DNA of 64,000 nucleotides from Pseudomonadota bacterium (GTDB lineage Bacteria; Bdellovibrionota; FAC87; UBA2466): NCBI GenBank assembly GCA_043718025.1, contig JAYSWN010000188.1, positions 25,094 to 89,093 of the forward strand, read 5' to 3'. Shown piece by piece: positions 60,253 to 64,000 of this stretch (position 1 is its first letter; each line of letters starts with the position of its first letter). The notes under the pieces were generated by a model. It saw only the letters and a program-made list of their open reading frames with translations, ran no database searches and was not told where the DNA came from. The position numbers and the translations under genes were made by a program.

Positions 60253-60549
60253 ATGTCAATGCGCTATTTAATTCGAAGAGAACAAGCCGACAGCCTTTCT
60301 GAACTTGAGACCGAAGTCTCGGGGCTAAAAGAAAAGTTGGGCCCGGCGGGTGCTGACCTGCGTTGCGACATTCCGGTGGTAATCTCGGAAAAGCGCCACC
60401 TTCACCTTCAGTTTCTTACCCGCAAAACTGCCACCGGCTGGATCTGGGTATGCCCCTCGGTTGAAGTGGTTGCCGAAGACGAACGCGGTCTATTTGAATT
60501 GCTGAAGAAGTTTAATGCCCCTAAGCCCGCGCATCTAGCCCATCTATAA
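60253..60549 (+). CDS. Hypothetical protein
   Basis: 98-aa ORF filling the gap between RMD1 and a terminator; globular composition. Confidence 0.55.
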   Translation: MSMRYLIRREQADSLSELETEVSGLKEKLGPAGADLRCDIPVVISEKRHLHLQFLTRKTATGWIWVCPSVEVVAEDERGLFELLKKFNAPKPAHLAHL

Positions 60550-60576
60550 AGTGTAGACTTTCGGTCGCCGCAAAAT

Positions 60577-60607
60577 AAAAAAAGGCGTTGCCCTTGTGGA
60601 CAACGCC
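60577..60607 (-). terminator. Intrinsic terminator of the cyclophilin gene
   Basis: GGCGTTG/CAACGCC stem with A7 on the plus strand (U7 on the minus strand). Confidence 0.7.
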
Positions 60608-60635
60608 CCAAATCCTTAACCAAACCGCAAAGCGG

Positions 60636-61193
60636 TTAGCTGTTTTTCTTGATGCTAACTTTGGTCATTTTGTCGCCTTGCTTGATCTTCTTCACGGCGT
60701 CGAGCCCTTTAGTCACCATTCCGAACACCGTATAACTGCCATCCAAATGGGGATGCCGGCCGAGTGAAATGTAGAACTGACTGTCGGCCGAATTTGGATC
60801 CTGAGCCCGGGCCATCGCCAAGGTGCCTTCCAAATGCTGCTTAGAGTTAAACTCGGCAGGTAAGTTCTTACCCGATCCACCCGTTCCGTTTCCCTTCGGG
60901 TCGCCGCCTTGAACCACAAAGCCAGGCACCACGCGGTGAAAGGCGAGGCCGTTATAAAAGCCTGCCTCCGTCAATTCAATGATGCGCGCCACCGTTTTTG
61001 GGGCATCGCTCGGATAAAGTTCTGCTTCAATCGTTCCGTACTGCGTTTCAATGACTAACAAGTTACCTCCAGGTGCGCCGCCGGTTGTCGCCGGCGTAAC
61101 TTTTTCCCCCTGCTTTGTACACGTGCAGGAGGATAGAAATAGGGCCAAAAACAAAAAAAGTGCTGTGTTGAGTCGAGATGCAATGGTCTTCAT
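60636..61193 (-). CDS. Cyclophilin-type peptidyl-prolyl isomerase lipoprotein
   Basis: LSS-C lipobox, FHRVVPGFVVQGGDP, LAMAR..DPNSADSQFYI, HLDGSYTVFG. Confidence 0.93.
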   Translation of the reverse strand: MKTIASRLNTALFLFLALFLSSCTCTKQGEKVTPATTGGAPGGNLLVIETQYGTIEAELYPSDAPKTVARIIELTEAGFYNGLAFHRVVPGFVVQGGDPKGNGTGGSGKNLPAEFNSKQHLEGTLAMARAQDPNSADSQFYISLGRHPHLDGSYTVFGMVTKGLDAVKKIKQGDKMTKVSIKKNS

Positions 61194-61246
61194 GACGGAT
61201 AAGCGTAAGTTTGGCCTAAGCCAATGGCAAGTGGGATCCCAACGCG

Positions 61247-62410
61247 CTAGCTTTCAAGCGCCGAAATAAAATCAGCCACTAAATCTTTGGCATCTTCAAC
61301 GCCCACCGATACCCGAACCAGGTTATCGAGTACCCCCATTTTAATGCGCTCGGGAAGCGAAATGCCAGAATGCGAAGTGGTTGCCGGCCTTGTGACTAAC
61401 GACTCCACGCCACCTAGACTTGGGGCAACGTAGGGCAACTTTAAGCGCGAAAGAAATTTATCGGTGTCTTCCCCGCTACCCACGTATTCAAAGGCAATCA
61501 TTCCCCCGAAACCACGAAACCACTCTTTCGCAAGTTGGTGTTCGGGATGCGATTTTAGCCCTGGATAACGCACGTTTCTTGCTTTTGGGTGCGCCGAGAG
61601 CGCCTCAGCCAATGCCATTGCCCCCTCTTGATGTGCCTTCATCCGTGGCCCCAAAGTTTTAATCCCGCGGTTCAAGAGAAAGCAGCTGTTGGGATCGAGA
61701 GACCCGCCCATGTGGTTAAGCAAATTGTGAATTTTATCGACCAAGCTTTTTTTGCCGGCAACCGCTCCCGCAATCACGTCGGAGTGACCGTTCAAGTATT
61801 TAGTTGCGCTGTGAATCACCAGATCAAATCCAATTAGGGCAGGATTAAAAAAATACGGCGAGCAAAAGGTGTTATCGATAAGCAGCAGCGCCCCATTTTT
61901 TTTTGCCATTTCGACGATGCGCTTAAAATCAGGAATTCGCATCCGTGGATTAGAAATGGACTCTAAGTAAACCGCCGCCGGCCGACGGGACAACGCCAGC
62001 TCAAGCGTAGAGAGATCGCCCAAATCAAAAGTGCTGAAACTGCGGCCAAAACCCTCAAAGTCGTGAGTTAAAAAGGTACGAGTGCCTCCGTACATATCAG
62101 CTTGAGCTACCAAATGTTGCCCCTTGTCGACCGCCGCTAAGAGCGCCGTAGAAATAGCCGCCATGCCCGAGGCCATTACCAGGGCACTTTCGGTCTGTTC
62201 TAATGCGGCAATTTTGTCGGCAAGCATCGTATGATTGGGGGTATTGCTTAGTCGCGTATACAGCACCTCGCCGTAGCTCTTCGCTCCAGCGTATTCGAAG
62301 GTGGAGTTTTGGTAGATGGGCGTGCCTACCACGCCAAAGGGGCCAGGTCGCTGGTCACCAGCGTGAACGGCGTTAGTCATAAAGCCAAATTTATTATGGG
62401 GGGTTTTCAT
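61247..62410 (-). CDS. PLP-dependent trans-sulfuration enzyme (cystathionine gamma-synthase / methionine gamma-lyase family)
   Basis: PIYQNSTF, YTRLSNTP, SGMAAIS, IDNTF, HSATKYLNGHSD, SLGGVESL. Confidence 0.92.
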   Translation of the reverse strand: MKTPHNKFGFMTNAVHAGDQRPGPFGVVGTPIYQNSTFEYAGAKSYGEVLYTRLSNTPNHTMLADKIAALEQTESALVMASGMAAISTALLAAVDKGQHLVAQADMYGGTRTFLTHDFEGFGRSFSTFDLGDLSTLELALSRRPAAVYLESISNPRMRIPDFKRIVEMAKKNGALLLIDNTFCSPYFFNPALIGFDLVIHSATKYLNGHSDVIAGAVAGKKSLVDKIHNLLNHMGGSLDPNSCFLLNRGIKTLGPRMKAHQEGAMALAEALSAHPKARNVRYPGLKSHPEHQLAKEWFRGFGGMIAFEYVGSGEDTDKFLSRLKLPYVAPSLGGVESLVTRPATTSHSGISLPERIKMGVLDNLVRVSVGVEDAKDLVADFISALES

Positions 62411-62766
62411 ACTGCTTCTGTCTCCGGTATTTCGATGAGCAATCGATGCTCTTCTTCTTTAAATTTTAAACCTCTAAGTTTCGCCCCCAAACACGGCCCA
62501 CCGGTGCAGGTGCCAGTTTCAATTTCATAAAGGGCACCGTGCATTTGACACTGCAATTGGGTGCGATCGTATGAAAAAAACTGATCGTCTTCCAAATCAA
62601 GGGGAATGGGCAGGTGCATGCAAAGGTTCTGGTAGGCGTAAAAACTACCCCCTTTTTTCACGACAAATCCCTTAAATTTCTTGCCGTGAACTCGGGCAAC
62701 AAAAGAACGGCCCTGCCCCTCTTCGAATTTCTTTTTAGAAACTTCGGCGAGAATTTTTTTCCGCAT
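62407..62766 (-). CDS. Rieske [2Fe-2S] ferredoxin (start revised to ATG 62766)
   Basis: YQNLCMH...LQCQMHGALY...TG.C.GGP; AAGGA SD. Confidence 0.9.
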   Translation of the reverse strand: MRKKILAEVSKKKFEEGQGRSFVARVHGKKFKGFVVKKGGSFYAYQNLCMHLPIPLDLEDDQFFSYDRTQLQCQMHGALYEIETGTCTGGPCLGAKLRGLKFKEEEHRLLIEIPETEAV

Positions 62767-62783
62767 GCTGATCCTTATGGAAC

Positions 62784-63158
62784 TCAAAGAGGAAGGGGAA
62801 ATTCGGGGAGTTCGCGCCGCTGACGAAAGCCTTCGTGGTAGCCGTGGCAAAAACTTATATCAACTTCTGGAAACTGCCAGCACCAAAAACCATCACCACT
62901 ATCAAAATCAACTAACCAGAGCCCTTTCGACTGCATTCCCAAGCGCAAAATCTTACCGTGCCATTCGGCAATGCACCGGCGGATATCTTCTTCAATCAAC
63001 GTCTTTTTTTCAGGCGCCTTCAAGAGTTCGTGACGCTGGCTCAGTTCGCGCACCCTTAACTCCGCCGTTTGAGTCATGCGACGCACGACCGGAAGTAACT
63101 CTTTGGCCTCACTTAACGTGAAAAACTTTTTTTGATCGATATCAACTACGGTAGCCAT
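62784..63158 (-). CDS. DUF2203-like protein
   Basis: FTLSEAKELLP, KGLWLVDF, WCWQFPE..I...HGY.EGF..RR. Confidence 0.8.
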   Translation of the reverse strand: MATVVDIDQKKFFTLSEAKELLPVVRRMTQTAELRVRELSQRHELLKAPEKKTLIEEDIRRCIAEWHGKILRLGMQSKGLWLVDFDSGDGFWCWQFPEVDISFCHGYHEGFRQRRELPEFPLPL

Positions 63159-63176
63159 ACAACCTGCTATTTGAAT

Positions 63177-63842
63177 CTAGTCGATGGTGACCCAAACTAC
63201 GGTCACATTGTCCGAATGACGCACTTGCGAAGCCTCTTCGCACAAAACTTCAACGAGCCTTTCGGGTTCTATTCTAAGGTTTTGAATGTGCTCTAAAAGG
63301 CGGTCTTCAGTAATCTGTTTGTACAACCCATCAGAGCAAAGCAAGAAACGGTCGCCCGCTTGAATGGCTTCGCTCTCTTCTTGAATGGTAAGCGCGTGCA
63401 GCTCAGGCGGCAGCCCCATGTAGGATGCGAGTACCGGCCCTCCCATGGTGTCATCGAAAATCTCGTGATCGGTGGTTAAACAGGTAATCATTCCCTTACG
63501 CCATAAGTAACAGCGTGAATCACCCACGTGGCAAACGTCGGCTTTGCCATCGGCAATGATTAGCGCAGTGAGTGTGCTTCCCATCAGCGCTTCGCCCAAG
63601 GTTCGTAACGCCTCTTCGAGCACCGATGTCTGAATTTTCTCAAAAACGGGTTTGAGTTCTTTTGAGTCGGGAGCAAGCGCTTTAAGTCCGGCTACCGACA
63701 TTTGCGAAGCCACGTCGCCTTTAAGCCCGCCCCCTACCCCGTCGGCCACGGCAAATACGTTGCGTTCGGGCCAGATGAGAAACGAGTCTTGATTGCCCTC
63801 GCGTCCGCCAATAACACTTTTTGCGTAACCTTTAATGTCCAT
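63177..63842 (-). CDS. PP2C-family Ser/Thr protein phosphatase
   Basis: REGNQD, VADGVGG, MGST, HVGDSRCY, LLCSDGL, DNVT. Confidence 0.94.
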   Translation of the reverse strand: MDIKGYAKSVIGGREGNQDSFLIWPERNVFAVADGVGGGLKGDVASQMSVAGLKALAPDSKELKPVFEKIQTSVLEEALRTLGEALMGSTLTALIIADGKADVCHVGDSRCYLWRKGMITCLTTDHEIFDDTMGGPVLASYMGLPPELHALTIQEESEAIQAGDRFLLCSDGLYKQITEDRLLEHIQNLRIEPERLVEVLCEEASQVRHSDNVTVVWVTID

Positions 63843-63860
63843 AGTTACCGTCCTAAGACG

Positions 63861-64000
63861 TCATTCTAATTCAATTTCAAGGTCGCGAAAGCACCGAATT
63901 TGGCATGACCGCTTTCGTTCTCGCAGCGCTCCATCCCTGATCACCACCTGGCAGGTTCCGCAAATGCCAAGCCCGTGACAATTTAGTACCCGGTTGGCTT
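63861..64000 (-). CDS. Partial [2Fe-2S] ferredoxin (3' end; absent from the ORF track)
   Basis: Manual translation ...ANRVLNCHGLGICGTCQVVI...RKRSCQIRCFRDLEIELE*; C-x5-C-x2-C...C pattern. Confidence 0.8.
   Translation of the reverse strand, partial: ANRVLNCHGLGICGTCQVVIRDGALRERKRSCQIRCFRDLEIELE

Overview
This is a gene-dense bacterial chromosome segment of about 50% GC. It is probably from Bdellovibrionota or a related former-Deltaproteobacteria lineage; this is inferred from a TIGR02147-like regulator, a bacterial topoisomerase VI operon, tandem lspA genes and many orphan secreted proteins. Core genes include gatCAB-gmd, uvrD/pcrA, gltA, proC, tRNA-Val(TAC), rnj, metK, tig-clpP-clpX-lon, rho, csp, ftsK, lolA-yajQ-rimO, lptF and rarA. 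I found no transposase, integrase, phage module or CRISPR array. The best candidate for an undescribed system is a translationally coupled pair of secreted Gly-rich paralogs (49687-53798) behind a sigma54-type promoter. They share a Cys-rich domain: one copy has a zincin-like HExxGH motif, the other has lost it, and together they carry seven [YF]DDxAxK-type motifs. Other notable items are a secreted Fido-fold-like protein with a His-to-Met motif inserted between ftsK and lolA, a three-repeat secreted protein, a doubly anchored LysM protein, a REP-like cruciform between 28-bp direct repeats, and a recurrent leaderless-mRNA signature. All family calls come from motif recognition by eye; no database searches were run.
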